DNA from: Bacillota bacterium
GTDB lineage: Bacteria; Bacillota; Limnochordia; Darwinibacteriales; Darwinibacteriaceae
DNA length: 64,000 nt
NCBI GenBank assembly: GCA_012837385.1
Contig: DURH01000020.1
Coordinates: 65,972 to 129,971 of the forward strand
Direction of reading: 5' to 3'
In this document: one piece after another, positions 48,990 through 59,346 of the stretch
How the letters are laid out: each line of letters starts with the position of its first letter
Position numbering within the stretch: position 1 is the first letter of the stretch
Notes under the pieces: model-generated
What the model saw: the letters and a program-made list of their open reading frames with translations, nothing else
The model's database searches: none
What the model was told of the DNA's origin: nothing
Position numbers and translations under genes: made by a program

Positions 48990-49875
48990 CAGTGCGTTAG
49001 CGGAGAACAGGCCCGTAGTAGCGTTGGAGTCGACTATTATCGCCCATGGTTTTCCCTATCCGGAAAACTATGAGCTCGCTGTGGAGCTTGAGGCTCTGCT
49101 CCGAGAAGAGGGAGTAGTTCCCGCCACCATCGCGGTTTTAGGCGGAGAGCTCAAAGTAGGCTTGTCAGAACAGGAGCTGCGTTACCTCGCGGAGTCGGGC
49201 AGCATTCCCAAGGCCAGTCTACGGGATGTGCCAATCCTTTTGGCCTTGGGCCTGGATGGGGCCACCACGGTGGCATCCACCATGCAGATCGCCCACTGGG
49301 CAGGGATCAAGGTGTTCGTGACTGGCGGCATTGGTGGAGTGCACCGCGCGGCTGAGCAGACCTTTGATGTGTCTGCAGACTTGAAAGCCCTGGCAACCTA
49401 CAATGTCATGGTTGTCTGTGCGGGAGCAAAATCTGTGCTGGATCTGCCCAAGACCTTGGAGGTTCTCGAGAGCCAGGGGACAAGCGTTGTGGGTTATCAG
49501 ACCGACAGTTTTCCAGCCTTCTATCTGCGGGACAGCGGCCTCAAGGTAGATTACCGAGTGGATGACCCTGCTCGCATCGTGCGCGCCTTCAAGGCTAAAG
49601 AGCAGCTGGGCATCCCGGGGGGAATGGTGGTGGCCACACCTATTCCTGAAGAAGATGAACTGGATACAGAGCGTTTTAACGCCTGGCTGGATCAGATTTT
49701 GAAGGAGTGCGAGGAGCAGGGGATTATGGGGAAGGACGTTACCCCCTTTATCCTAAGCCGCCTGCACCAAATCAGCCAGGGTGAGACAGTTCAGGCCAAT
49801 ATTGCCTTGGTCAAGAACAACCTCAAGTTAGGGGCGGCGTTGGCGCAAGCCTACTGCCGGGAAGACATGCTATGA
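48964..49875 (+). CDS. psuG: Pseudouridine-5'-phosphate glycosidase
   Basis: N-terminus ...VVALESTIIAHGFPYPEN with the IndA/PsuG fold pattern; RBS GGAGAG. Confidence 0.9.
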   Translation: MLRLSQEVSSALAENRPVVALESTIIAHGFPYPENYELAVELEALLREEGVVPATIAVLGGELKVGLSEQELRYLAESGSIPKASLRDVPILLALGLDGATTVASTMQIAHWAGIKVFVTGGIGGVHRAAEQTFDVSADLKALATYNVMVVCAGAKSVLDLPKTLEVLESQGTSVVGYQTDSFPAFYLRDSGLKVDYRVDDPARIVRAFKAKEQLGIPGGMVVATPIPEEDELDTERFNAWLDQILKECEEQGIMGKDVTPFILSRLHQISQGETVQANIALVKNNLKLGAALAQAYCREDML

Positions 49876-50756
49876 TTGGAGTTTTCGGAGATCTTACCCT
49901 GGATATCGCAGCCGCCACCCACGGTCCCCTGCAGCCGCGCAGCGATGTAACCGGGGACATCTCCTGCCGAGGTGGAGGCTCAGCAGCCAATGTCGCGGCT
50001 TGGCTGGGCAGTCTGGGCACTCCAGTCCGGTTTGCAGGTGCGATCGGCCGAGATGAGGTGGGCAGGAACTTAGCAGCTGAATTGGAACGTCTAGGTGTGG
50101 AGCTTTATCTGGCAGAGAAAGACAGCCCAACGGGGATGATCCTGGTTTTCCTCGATACAGAGGGGGAGAGGACCATGGTAACGTCCCGGGGGGCCAACCT
50201 CCTGTTTCGAGCGGAGGATCTGCCTGATCAGTTTTTTGCAGGGCTGCAGCATCTCCATATAACGGGGTACTCCTTTTTTGGCTCCGAGAGCCTGGCCGCT
50301 TCCACCGCCGCTGTACTGGGTAAAGCCCGGGAACTGGGCATTCCCTTTTCGGTGGACCCTTCGTCCTATGCTCTATTGGAGGATTTTGGGGTGGAGCGGT
50401 TCCTAGAGTTCACTCAGGGAGCAGCTTTGGTCTTCCCTAACTTGGATGAAGGCCGTGTCCTCAGCGGTCAATTGGAGCCAGAGAACGTGGTACGGCAGCT
50501 CCTTCAGTACTATCCCCGCGTCGTCTTGACCCTGGGTTCCCAGGGCTGCATTTGTGGCGAAGGAGAGGCAGTTGAGGCGGTCCCTGGGCAGAAGGCCCAG
50601 GCGCTGGATACCACAGGGGCAGGGGATGCTTTTTGCGCTGGGTTCCTCCACGAGTTTTTCCAGGGTGCAGGCTTGGTGGCCAGCGCCCAAACGGGGAATG
50701 AGATAGCCCGCCGCTGTGTGAGTCACTTGGGCGGTAGACCCCTTCACGCCGGATAA
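49872..50756 (+). CDS. psuK: Pseudouridine kinase (PfkB family)
   Basis: PfkB motifs GGGSAANVA and DTTGAGDAF; ATGA overlap with psuG. Confidence 0.85.
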   Translation: MIGVFGDLTLDIAAATHGPLQPRSDVTGDISCRGGGSAANVAAWLGSLGTPVRFAGAIGRDEVGRNLAAELERLGVELYLAEKDSPTGMILVFLDTEGERTMVTSRGANLLFRAEDLPDQFFAGLQHLHITGYSFFGSESLAASTAAVLGKARELGIPFSVDPSSYALLEDFGVERFLEFTQGAALVFPNLDEGRVLSGQLEPENVVRQLLQYYPRVVLTLGSQGCICGEGEAVEAVPGQKAQALDTTGAGDAFCAGFLHEFFQGAGLVASAQTGNEIARRCVSHLGGRPLHAG

Positions 50757-50758
50757 AC

Positions 50759-50786
50759 TTGACAGTGAGTGTGGTTGTGCTACAGT
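50759..50786 (+). promoter_or_regulatory. Candidate internal promoter for glnS (TTGACA, 16 nt, TACAGT)
   Basis: Read directly in the 58-nt psuK-glnS gap. Confidence 0.3.
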
Positions 50787-50814
50787 GAATAGGAGGAAAG
50801 TTATAGGAGAGGAT

Positions 50815-52488
50815 ATGCCGATGGATGTCAATGTAAATACGCCAAGCAATTTTATCCGCAATATCATAGATGAGGATCTGGCTTCAGGCAAGCATAAGAA
50901 GATAATTACCAGGTTTCCCCCAGAACCCAATGGCTACCTGCATATCGGGCATGCCAAGTCGATCTGCCTAAACTTCGGCTTAGCCAAGGACTATAACGGG
51001 ACCTGCCATCTGCGCTTTGATGATACCAATCCTGAAAAAGAAGAGGTTGAGTATATCGAGAGCATTCAAAACGATGTGCGCTGGCTGGGTTTCGACTGGG
51101 GCGAGCATCTGTATTTTGCCTCCGATTATTTTGACCAACTTTATGGCTTTGCAGTTGAGCTCATCAAGCAGGGCAAGGCATACGTCTGTGAGCTCACTGC
51201 AGAACAGATCCGCGAATACCGCGGCACACTGACTGAACCCGGAAAGGACAGCCCCTACCGCAACCGTTCGGTTGAGGAGAATCTGGATCTGTTTGAGAGA
51301 ATGAAGAACGGGGAGTTCGAAGAGGGCAGCCATGTACTCCGGGCGAAAATCGACATGGCTTCGCCTAATGTGGTGATGCGCGACCCAGTCCTGTATCGCA
51401 TCCGCAAGGTATCCCATCACCGCACAGGGGATAAGTGGTGTATCTATCCCATGTACGATTTTACCCACTGCCTGTCAGATGCCATTGAGGGCATCACCCA
51501 CTCGATTTGCACACTGGAGTTCGAGAACAACAGGCCTTTGTACGAATGGATTCTGGAACAGGTATTTCCCGATCCCCATCCCCGGCAGATAGAGTTTGCC
51601 CGTTTAAACCTTTCCTACACAGTGATGAGCAAACGCAAGCTGTTGAGGCTAGTGGAAAGCGGTGTGGTAAGCGGCTGGGACGATCCCCGCATGCCCACCA
51701 TCGCTGGGCTCAGGCGCAGGGGCTATACTCCAGAAGCGATTCGGGACTTCTGCGACCGCATTGGCGTGGCCAAAGCCAACAGCGTGGTGGATGTTGCCCT
51801 GCTGGAGCACTGCCTCCGCGAAGATTTGAACAGGACTTCTCCCCGCACCATGGCAGTTCTCCGGCCCCTTAAGGTGGTTATTGAAAACTACCCCGAAGGC
51901 CAAGTGGAGTATCTAGAAGCAATGAACAACCCCCAAGACCCTGAGGCAGGCACCCGGCTGATCCCCTTTGCCAGGGAGATCTTCATCGAGCAGGATGACT
52001 TTATGCTCGATCCTCCCAAAAAGTTCTTCAGGCTGGCTCCAGGCAGGGAAGTGCGTCTCAGATTTGCCTACTTCATTACCTGCACCGATGTGGTCTATGA
52101 CGATGAGGGTAATGTGGTGGAGATTCGGGCTACTTACGATCCGGAGACCAAGGGGGGGTCGGCACCTGATGGACGCAAGGTGAAGGCGACCCTGCATTGG
52201 GTAGCAGCCGACCATTCTCTACCAGCTGAGATCCGCCTCTACGATCACCTGTTCAACAAGGAGGATCCCAACGAAGGTGAACTGGAAGAGAACCTCAATC
52301 CCAACTCTCTGGAGATCTTAACAGACGCCAGAGTGGAGCTGAACATGAAGGATGTTCAGCCTGGGGATCGGTTCCAGTTTGAGCGGCAGGGTTATTACTG
52401 CGTGGATGTGGATTCCTCTCCAGAGAAACTGGTGTTCAACCGCACCGTACCCTTGAGAGATACTTGGGCAAAAATGCAGGATAAATAG
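50815..52488 (+). CDS. glnS: Glutamine--tRNA ligase
   Basis: HIGH region [16 protein letters not shown]; VMSKRKL (KMSKS); C-terminal anticodon-binding beta-barrels; about 558 aa. Start ATG 50815 has RBS AGGAGAGG. Confidence 0.9.
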   Translation: MPMDVNVNTPSNFIRNIIDEDLASGKHKKIITRFPPEPNGYLHIGHAKSICLNFGLAKDYNGTCHLRFDDTNPEKEEVEYIESIQNDVRWLGFDWGEHLYFASDYFDQLYGFAVELIKQGKAYVCELTAEQIREYRGTLTEPGKDSPYRNRSVEENLDLFERMKNGEFEEGSHVLRAKIDMASPNVVMRDPVLYRIRKVSHHRTGDKWCIYPMYDFTHCLSDAIEGITHSICTLEFENNRPLYEWILEQVFPDPHPRQIEFARLNLSYTVMSKRKLLRLVESGVVSGWDDPRMPTIAGLRRRGYTPEAIRDFCDRIGVAKANSVVDVALLEHCLREDLNRTSPRTMAVLRPLKVVIENYPEGQVEYLEAMNNPQDPEAGTRLIPFAREIFIEQDDFMLDPPKKFFRLAPGREVRLRFAYFITCTDVVYDDEGNVVEIRATYDPETKGGSAPDGRKVKATLHWVAADHSLPAEIRLYDHLFNKEDPNEGELEENLNPNSLEILTDARVELNMKDVQPGDRFQFERQGYYCVDVDSSPEKLVFNRTVPLRDTWAKMQDK

Positions 52489-52496
52489 AAAAAAGA

Positions 52497-52536
52497 ACGG
52501 GAACCTAGGCGGACAGCCTGGGTTCCCGTAGTTTTT
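52497..52536. terminator. Bidirectional intrinsic terminator between the convergent glnS and luxS genes
   Basis: 9-bp stem acgggaacc/ggttcccgt, flanked by AAAAAAGA on one side and GTTTTTG on the other. Confidence 0.7.
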
Positions 52537-52549
52537 GCCGGAAATCGCT

Positions 52550-53008
52550 TCAGCTAAGAGGATACTTCTCACTCAATTTTCCCCTCACTGTCTTGGCGTA
52601 CTCCTGGGCGCCAAACAGAGAGAGATCCCGATAGTTCCCGCACTGCACAGGACTGCGTGCCGGAACATCTTTCGCTCCCAGAACTCTATCCAGGGCCCTC
52701 ACTAGTGCTTGTGCTACCTCCTGTTCACTGGCTTGGCCCAGCCTGATCAGGTAGAAGCCGGTGCGGCAGCCCATGGGAGAAAGGTCGATTATCCCATCCA
52801 GCTCCTCTCTGAGGAATCCTGCCAGAAGATGTTCCAAGGCATGGACTGCCCCTGTGGGCATGATGTCTTGATTGGGCTGGGTAAAGCGCAGGTCATACTT
52901 GGTGATCACATCACCCTTGGGGGTGTGAAAGATCTCCGCCTGGCGTACATGGGGTGCACTTACTGTGGTATGATCGAGGGAGAAGCTCTCCACTTTCACG
53001 TCGTTCAC
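52550..53008 (-). CDS. luxS: S-ribosylhomocysteine lyase LuxS; GTG start
   Basis: VESFSLDHT N-terminus; metal motif HALEHL; Cys in SPMGCRTGFY. GTG 53008 has RBS AGGTGA; the ORF-track start at 53026 has none. Confidence 0.85.
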   Translation of the reverse strand: MNDVKVESFSLDHTTVSAPHVRQAEIFHTPKGDVITKYDLRFTQPNQDIMPTGAVHALEHLLAGFLREELDGIIDLSPMGCRTGFYLIRLGQASEQEVAQALVRALDRVLGAKDVPARSPVQCGNYRDLSLFGAQEYAKTVRGKLSEKYPLS

Positions 53009-53012
53009 GAAA

Positions 53013-53699
53013 TCACCTGTCTTCACTGTTTTCGATGATGCTGGTCAATTCGTCCAGTAGTTCCTGAATGGCTGTGCCTTTAGCTTTCTTGTCCAGCATT
53101 TCCTCAGGAGTCAAGGTTTCTTCCCAGTACAGTTTGTTGGTGCTGGCATTGTTGCTGATGGTTGCGCCTTCAAAAGATGCACCGGCAAAGACACCCTTGC
53201 TCATGGAATAGCTGTACATGGCGGCTTTGAGTTGAACGTCCATGCTGGCTTCAGCGGATCGGCCTACAGGGCCCGCTGCTAGCGATACATTGCCACCTAA
53301 GGTGATGCGGCCATCCTCCAGGCTTCTGATGCCTTCTTCCGTGGCCACTACCAGGACCAGGGCAGTGCTTTGAATCCCAGCTTGCAGGCCGTAAGACAGT
53401 CCTTTCATTTCCACGAAGTAGGGGCCATACCATGTGCCTGTGGAGGTGTCGCGCCGCAGAACCACCCCTTCACCATACCGCCCTCCGATGCCTAATCCTG
53501 CCTTGATTACTGAGGGGAAGATGGCTATGCCGTGGGCGTCTTTGAGGATGCTCTTCAGCTGTTCGGAGTCTGGCTGTTGGGTCATATCTTTCAGCACTGC
53601 AGCAGCATTTGTTAAGACGGTTTCGGGAAGCTGGGCAGCAAAAGCTAAACTACTGGCCAGAAGAACAAGGATCAGCGCCAAACACACTACTCTTCGCAT
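53013..53699 (-). CDS. Secreted SYLF (Ysc84/DUF500) lipid-binding-domain protein
   Basis: Signal peptide; SYLF pattern GIAIFPSVIKAGLGIGGRYGEGVV...GLQAGIQS...LAAGPVGR. Confidence 0.65.
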   Translation of the reverse strand: MRRVVCLALILVLLASSLAFAAQLPETVLTNAAAVLKDMTQQPDSEQLKSILKDAHGIAIFPSVIKAGLGIGGRYGEGVVLRRDTSTGTWYGPYFVEMKGLSYGLQAGIQSTALVLVVATEEGIRSLEDGRITLGGNVSLAAGPVGRSAEASMDVQLKAAMYSYSMSKGVFAGASFEGATISNNASTNKLYWEETLTPEEMLDKKAKGTAIQELLDELTSIIENSEDR

Positions 53700-53785
53700 T
53701 GTTGTTCCTCCCTTTCGAGTTTTTTATCTTCTGCTTAGGCCAACCCATCCCTGAATATACATGGGAAGGAAAGGGGGCCTAAGGC

Positions 53786-54523
53786 ATGTCCCGTTTGTAC
53801 ATACTTGTCATCCCCAGAAACTCGGTGTGGTTTCTCCTGGCTGCCCTGGGCATTGTCGTTTTGCTGTCCATGTACCACCACTATCCCTTCGGACTGTACG
53901 CACTCAGCCTGGTTCACCAGGAAGTAATCTACGACATCATGCTGGATCCAGGCCACGGCGGCATTGATTCAGGTGCGGTGGGAGCAGGGGACATCTATGA
54001 GAAACACTATGTCCTGGATATTGTTCTGCAGATGGCTGAGCTGCTGGAAGCCGAAGGCCTTAGAGTAGGCCTCACCCGAGATACGGATCGCGATGTGAGC
54101 CATCTGGTCAGCGAAGGTACGCGCCACCGCAGGGATCTGCTGGGCCGCTTCAAGCTTATGAACCAGGCGCACCTGGGGATGAGTGTGCACGCCAATGCTG
54201 CCAAGGATGCTGGCGAGTCGGGTGCCATCGTGTTTTACATGAAAGACCGTTATGCGGGCCAAATCTATGCCCAACTGGTTCTGGAGGAGCTGGAGAAGGT
54301 ACAGGTGCTCAACGAGGCGGCACCAATACCCCGCAGCACTCTGCTGCTGCTTAAAGCTAGGCCTCCCGTGGTTTTGGTGGAGATCGGCTTTATGTCCAAT
54401 CCCACTGATTTAGCGAAGTTGGGCGATCCCCAGTTCCGCACCGCTGTGGCCCGTGCCCTCTGCCAGGGGATCTTAAACTACTGGGAATGGGCGTCAGGTG
54501 AGCAATCGGAGACTAGCCCTTGA
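53786..54523 (+). CDS. cwlD: N-acetylmuramoyl-L-alanine amidase (Amidase_3), CwlD-like germination-specific amidase
   Basis: N-terminal TM anchor; Zn-binding MLDPGHGGIDSGAVG...E...H motifs; about 245 aa, as in CwlD. Confidence 0.75.
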   Translation: MSRLYILVIPRNSVWFLLAALGIVVLLSMYHHYPFGLYALSLVHQEVIYDIMLDPGHGGIDSGAVGAGDIYEKHYVLDIVLQMAELLEAEGLRVGLTRDTDRDVSHLVSEGTRHRRDLLGRFKLMNQAHLGMSVHANAAKDAGESGAIVFYMKDRYAGQIYAQLVLEELEKVQVLNEAAPIPRSTLLLLKARPPVVLVEIGFMSNPTDLAKLGDPQFRTAVARALCQGILNYWEWASGEQSETSP

Positions 54524-55232
54524 GCAGTTTCACCAGCCTTGCCACCACTAAGTGGAGATCAGCCAGGACCTCGGAGAGGGATTGTCTATATCCATGAGTT
54601 GCGTTATGATCAGCTTGGTCGGACATGGCCTGCAAAATCAGGTGGGGTACGCGGTTAACGGCAGCCACTTGGGCGATGGCAGCGGCTTCCATATCCGCAC
54701 ACATTGCCCCGGGAAAGAACTCCAGGATCTCCTGTTTTTCCTCCATGGAGGCCACAAAGACGTCTCCAGATACCACCAGTCCTTGATGGACCCGGTTGAC
54801 ACCCAGCTCCTCCTGGGCCGCGGCTGTGGCGAGTTCTACGAGGCGCGAGTCTGGGAGGAACAAACTGGTGGCCAGCCTTGGGATAACCCCCCTGGCATAA
54901 CCGAAACGGCTGGCGTCAAAGTCATGCTGCTGGGCTCCGGTGCCCACAACCACATCACCAATGCGCAGTTTAGGACTGAGCGCTCCAGCTACCCCAGCGG
55001 TGATGATCTTCTTAGGTTGGAAGCGATCGATGGTGTACTGGGTGGCCAAGGCGGCATTAACCTTGCCAATCCCACACTGGACAACTACTACGTCATAGCC
55101 CTGCAGACTGCCTGCAAAAACCGGGAGATCGCCTAAGAAAGCCGCCGTTTCTTCACGGGGTGTCAGGCACTGCTTTAGGGCCGTCAGTTCTTCTTCCATA
55201 GCTGCAATAAACGCTACATCCACTGTTTTCAC
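54513..55232 (-). CDS. mtnN: 5'-methylthioadenosine / S-adenosylhomocysteine nucleosidase
   Basis: PNP/UDP phosphorylase fold; FIAAMEEE and SGDVFV motifs; convergent 11-nt overlap with cwlD. Confidence 0.9.
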   Translation of the reverse strand: MKTVDVAFIAAMEEELTALKQCLTPREETAAFLGDLPVFAGSLQGYDVVVVQCGIGKVNAALATQYTIDRFQPKKIITAGVAGALSPKLRIGDVVVGTGAQQHDFDASRFGYARGVIPRLATSLFLPDSRLVELATAAAQEELGVNRVHQGLVVSGDVFVASMEEKQEILEFFPGAMCADMEAAAIAQVAAVNRVPHLILQAMSDQADHNATHGYRQSLSEVLADLHLVVARLVKLLKG

Positions 55233-55328
55233 CTCGTCTTTAGTCTACCACAAAGTGGTATTGTTGGGAAGGTGACAGAACTGCGGTGTCGTATTCATGA
55301 AAGGAATCTAAGAAAGGGATGAAAGCAC

Positions 55329-56678
55329 GTGAGAGAGCTTACTCTGAACTATAGATATGCCGAGTCATTTTTGGACCCAGACGATCTGTCGGCCGTTGCC
55401 CAAGAGGTAGCGCAGGCCCACAGCAAGCTGCATGAGGGGACAGGTGCAGGCAGCGATTTCCTAGGCTGGCTGGATCTCCCAATCAGCTTCGATGCAGCTG
55501 AATTAGCCAGGATCAAAGAAGCGGCGGAGAGAATCCAGGCTGATTCTGAGGTGCTGATCGTTATCGGGATCGGTGGCTCTTACTTAGGAGCCCGGGCTGT
55601 GATTGAAGCGCTATCCCATTCATTTTACAACTTGCTCAGCACTGGTGCCAGGAAGACGCCTCAAGTCTTCTTCGCCGGCCATGCGGTGAGTGATAAGTAC
55701 CTGTGCGACTTAATTGAACTGATTGCGGATCGGGACTTCTCAGTGAATGTCATCTCCAAGTCTGGCACAACCACAGAGCCAGCTATCGCTTTTCGCATCT
55801 TCCGGGACCTGCTGGAGAAGAGATATGGGGTGGAAGGGGCGAGGAAACGCATTTACGCGACCACTGATGCCTCTCAAGGGGCTTTAAAGCAGATGGCAGA
55901 TGCGGAGGGCTATACCAGTTTCGTTATCCCAGATGATGTAGGCGGAAGGTTTTCCGTTCTAACCGCAGTGGGGCTTTTGCCCATTGCGGTGGCGGGCATC
56001 GATGTAGAATCCCTGCTTCACGGTGCTGCCGCTGCTTACGGCTGGTTCAGCACTCCAGAACTAGGTGCCAACGCAGCTTACCAGTATGCTGCTCTGCGCA
56101 ATCTCCTGTACCGACAAGGTAAGCAAACAGAGGTGCTGGTGAACTATGAGCCATCGCTGCAGTACTTTGCCGAATGGTGGAAACAGCTCTTTGGCGAGAG
56201 CGAAGGCAAAGAACACAAGGGAATCTTTCCTGCCAGCGTCAGTTTCACCACTGACCTGCATTCCCTGGGGCAGTACATGCAGGATGGAGCACGCCATATC
56301 TTCGCAACCACGCTCTGGTTTGAAGAGTCCGGCAAAGACCTAGTGGTGCCTGGCGACCCCCAGGACAGGGATGGCCTCAATTACCTGGCAGGCCGAAGCC
56401 TGAGCCAGGTGAACAGTAAGGCTTTTCAGGGGACCATCTTGGCTCACACGGACGGTGGAGTGCCCAATCTGATTGTGGAGGTGCCGAAGCTTGACGCCTT
56501 CTACTTCGGATCTCTACTGTACTTCTTTGAAAAAGCATGCGCTATCAGCGGTTACCTGTTGGGCGTAAATCCCTTTAACCAACCTGGGGTAGAGACATAC
56601 AAGCGAAACATGTTCGCCCTTTTAGGAAAGCCGGGTTTTGAGGCAGAACAGAAGGTGCTGGAAGAGCGGCTGAAGTAG
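55329..56678 (+). CDS. pgi: Glucose-6-phosphate isomerase (short bacterial/archaeal type)
   Basis: SIS domains, [11 protein letters not shown] and [10 protein letters not shown] motifs; GTG start. Confidence 0.9.
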   Translation: MRELTLNYRYAESFLDPDDLSAVAQEVAQAHSKLHEGTGAGSDFLGWLDLPISFDAAELARIKEAAERIQADSEVLIVIGIGGSYLGARAVIEALSHSFYNLLSTGARKTPQVFFAGHAVSDKYLCDLIELIADRDFSVNVISKSGTTTEPAIAFRIFRDLLEKRYGVEGARKRIYATTDASQGALKQMADAEGYTSFVIPDDVGGRFSVLTAVGLLPIAVAGIDVESLLHGAAAAYGWFSTPELGANAAYQYAALRNLLYRQGKQTEVLVNYEPSLQYFAEWWKQLFGESEGKEHKGIFPASVSFTTDLHSLGQYMQDGARHIFATTLWFEESGKDLVVPGDPQDRDGLNYLAGRSLSQVNSKAFQGTILAHTDGGVPNLIVEVPKLDAFYFGSLLYFFEKACAISGYLLGVNPFNQPGVETYKRNMFALLGKPGFEAEQKVLEERLK

Positions 56679-56688
56679 GAGGAATTAC

Positions 56689-57645
56689 ATGAAGCATGAA
56701 CTGTACCCATTGACCTTCCACCCCATCTACAAAGAGAAGATTTGGGGTGGGCGGCAGTTGGAGAGAATTCTGGGGCGGACTCTCCCCTCTGGCCTGATTG
56801 GGGAGAGTTGGGATGTGGCAGCCCATCCCCACGGAACCAGTGTTGTGGACCGGGGCCCCCTAGCTGGTAGAAATTTGTCGCAATTAGTTGAGGAATATGG
56901 TGAAGAGCTGTTAGGGCCAGGAAGGATACCAGCTTCCGGCAAATTCCCCCTGCTGTTGAAGCTGATTGACGCCAATGATGACCTTTCTGTTCAGGTTCAC
57001 CCCGACGATGCCTATGCAAGGGAACATGGTGGGGAGGCCTGGGGCAAGACCGAGCTGTGGTACATCGTGCACAGCGAGCCTGGGGCCTGGATTGTCTGGG
57101 GCCTGCGGAGCGGGGTGACCAAGGAGCAGTTCGCTCAGGCCATCGAGGCCGGCGGCCAGGAGATTTTGGCCTGTTTGAACAAGGTTCCTGTGCAGGCCGG
57201 CCAGATCTACCCCGTTTCTGCAGGGTTAGTACACGCTTTGGGCGCGGGTTGTGTGGTAGCAGAAATCCAGCAGAATTCTGATACCACCTACCGAGTTTAC
57301 GATTGGGATCGCGTCGATCAGCAAGGCAAGGGCCGCGATCTCCATGTCCAGCAAGCCTTAGACGTGATCGATTTTTCGCCCCAGGCAGCAGATTTTGACT
57401 ATCAGCTGTCCCGCTGTACCCGTTTTTTTAGCTTCCAGGTGCTGGACAAACCCCAGAGTGCCGCCTTGGATCTGCGGAGCGGTTTTCAAATCCTGACTGC
57501 AGTGGAGGGGAGGGCAGAGGTAGCCTGGCGAGGGAATGTTACAGAGCTGACTGTGGGCCAGTCCTGCCTGCTGCCTGCGGCCCTAGGAGTGTGTGAGCTA
57601 AAAGCTGAAGGCCAAGTGCTCAGGAGCAGCCTGCCAGAAAGGTAG
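56689..57645 (+). CDS. manA: Mannose-6-phosphate isomerase, class I
   Basis: N-terminus YPLTFHPIYKEKIWGG; cupin Zn ligands (QVHPDD...E...H); RBS GGAGG. Confidence 0.85.
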   Translation: MKHELYPLTFHPIYKEKIWGGRQLERILGRTLPSGLIGESWDVAAHPHGTSVVDRGPLAGRNLSQLVEEYGEELLGPGRIPASGKFPLLLKLIDANDDLSVQVHPDDAYAREHGGEAWGKTELWYIVHSEPGAWIVWGLRSGVTKEQFAQAIEAGGQEILACLNKVPVQAGQIYPVSAGLVHALGAGCVVAEIQQNSDTTYRVYDWDRVDQQGKGRDLHVQQALDVIDFSPQAADFDYQLSRCTRFFSFQVLDKPQSAALDLRSGFQILTAVEGRAEVAWRGNVTELTVGQSCLLPAALGVCELKAEGQVLRSSLPER

Positions 57646-57673
57646 GCTTTCTTGTAGATGAGTAGGTGATAAC

Positions 57674-58582
57674 TTGAGAAAGAGAGTATTGAGTTTTTTG
57701 CTGCTGGTCCTGATCTTGGGAATTCTGGGTGTAAACCCACCTGTCCTCCATGCGGCGCAGATCCAAGTGGTTACCACGTTTTCCATTCTCCACGATTTCG
57801 TCAGCCAAGTAGGGGGCGAGCAGGTAGTAGTGAACTCCTTGGTTCCCGCAGGTGCGGATCCCCATACTTGGGAACCCTCTCCCAGGGAGGCAAGCTTGGT
57901 GGCTAAGGCAGATTTAGTGGTGGCCAATGGAGCAGGTTTCGATGATTGGCTGCTTCCCCTGGTACAGAACGCTGCCCGGCCAGGTGTGCCCATTGTCCTT
58001 GCCTCAGAGGGTTTGTCTGTTTTTGAGCAGGATCATGACCACCAAGGCCACCAACACGGCCATGAGTCTGATCCCCATTTATGGCTGAGTGTGCCCAATG
58101 CCATTGCCTACGTCGAGAAGATTACCGCGGCTTTGGCAGAACTCTCCCCAGAACACAGCCAGTATTTTACTGGGCGGTCCAAGGTTTACCTTCAGGAGCT
58201 GGAAGCCCTGGATCAAAAAATGCTTGAGCTCCTGGCGGAGATTTCCCCAAAGAACCGCGTGCTGGTCACCTATCACAACGCTTTCAGTTACCTGGCGGAG
58301 CGCTACGGATTTGAGGTGGCGGAGTTCTTGGTAGAGAATCCTGAGGCCGAACCCAGTCCCCGGGATTTGGGGCGTCTGGTGGAACTGCTGAGAAACCTAT
58401 CCAAGCCCGTGGTTTTTACTGAACCGCAGCTCACCAGCGGCACCCGTTATGTGCAGGCCCTGGCCCGAGAAGTTGGTGCCCAGGTATACGTCTTGTACAG
58501 CGACAGCTTGACTTCTGAGGTGTCTACGTATGTGGAAATGATGGAGTACAATCTGCAGGTGTTATTGGAGGCTTTGAGATAA
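57674..58582 (+). CDS. znuA: Metal ABC transporter substrate-binding lipoprotein (ZnuA/TroA cluster-9) with a His-rich loop; TTG start
   Basis: Signal peptide; His-rich insert DHDHQGHQHGHESDPH, typical of Zn-specific ZnuA. Confidence 0.8.
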   Translation: MRKRVLSFLLLVLILGILGVNPPVLHAAQIQVVTTFSILHDFVSQVGGEQVVVNSLVPAGADPHTWEPSPREASLVAKADLVVANGAGFDDWLLPLVQNAARPGVPIVLASEGLSVFEQDHDHQGHQHGHESDPHLWLSVPNAIAYVEKITAALAELSPEHSQYFTGRSKVYLQELEALDQKMLELLAEISPKNRVLVTYHNAFSYLAERYGFEVAEFLVENPEAEPSPRDLGRLVELLRNLSKPVVFTEPQLTSGTRYVQALAREVGAQVYVLYSDSLTSEVSTYVEMMEYNLQVLLEALR

Positions 58583-59346
58583 TGACGGCAGAGCTGGCAC
58601 TGGACATTCAAAATCTCAGCTCGGGATATCAGGACCAGGTTGTGCTTGAGGGCGTATCCTGGCAGGTGCCCCGAGGTACCTTAGCTGCTGTGATCGGGCC
58701 CAATGGTGGCGGCAAGTCCACCCTACTGAAGACGGCAGTGGGACTGCTTCAGCCCTTCAGTTATCAGGCCCTAGCGCTTTTTGGCCAGACCCCCCGGGAA
58801 GGGCGGAGAAGGGTAGCCTATCTGCCCCAGAGAGAAGAGGTGGATTGGGCCTTTCCCATTTCTGTCCTAGAGGTTGTGCTGCAGGGGCGGCTGGTCAGGT
58901 TGGGATGGCGGGGCCGTCTGCGCCGTGAAGACTATGCTGCCAGTCGGGAAGCCCTCAGGTTTTTCGGTCTGGATAATCTGGAGGAGGTGCAGATCGGATC
59001 TCTCAGCGGCGGGCAGCGCCAGAGAGTTTTCCTGGCCAGGGCCCTGGTGCAGGAGGCGGATCTGATCCTGCTGGATGAGCCCGCTGCGGGCCTAGACGCC
59101 AAGGCTCAGCATGAGTTGGCAGACCTGTTGGTCTCGCTTAGAGATGCTGGCAAAACCATTATCGCGGCCACCCACGATCTGGACTGCCTCACCGAGTGTT
59201 TTGATCAGGTGCTGGCACTGAACAGACGGGTTTTTGCCGTGGGCGATCCCGCGCAGGTGTTGACGGAGGAGACGATGGTGAAGCTGTTCGCCAGGCATTT
59301 TCCCAAAGTGGGATCAGCGGGGGAGGTCATCGTTCATGAGTCTTAA
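58582..59346 (+). CDS. znuC: Metal (Zn/Mn) ABC transporter ATP-binding protein
   Basis: Walker [10 protein letters not shown]; signature LSGGQRQR; Walker B LLDEP. Confidence 0.85.
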   Translation: MTAELALDIQNLSSGYQDQVVLEGVSWQVPRGTLAAVIGPNGGGKSTLLKTAVGLLQPFSYQALALFGQTPREGRRRVAYLPQREEVDWAFPISVLEVVLQGRLVRLGWRGRLRREDYAASREALRFFGLDNLEEVQIGSLSGGQRQRVFLARALVQEADLILLDEPAAGLDAKAQHELADLLVSLRDAGKTIIAATHDLDCLTECFDQVLALNRRVFAVGDPAQVLTEETMVKLFARHFPKVGSAGEVIVHES

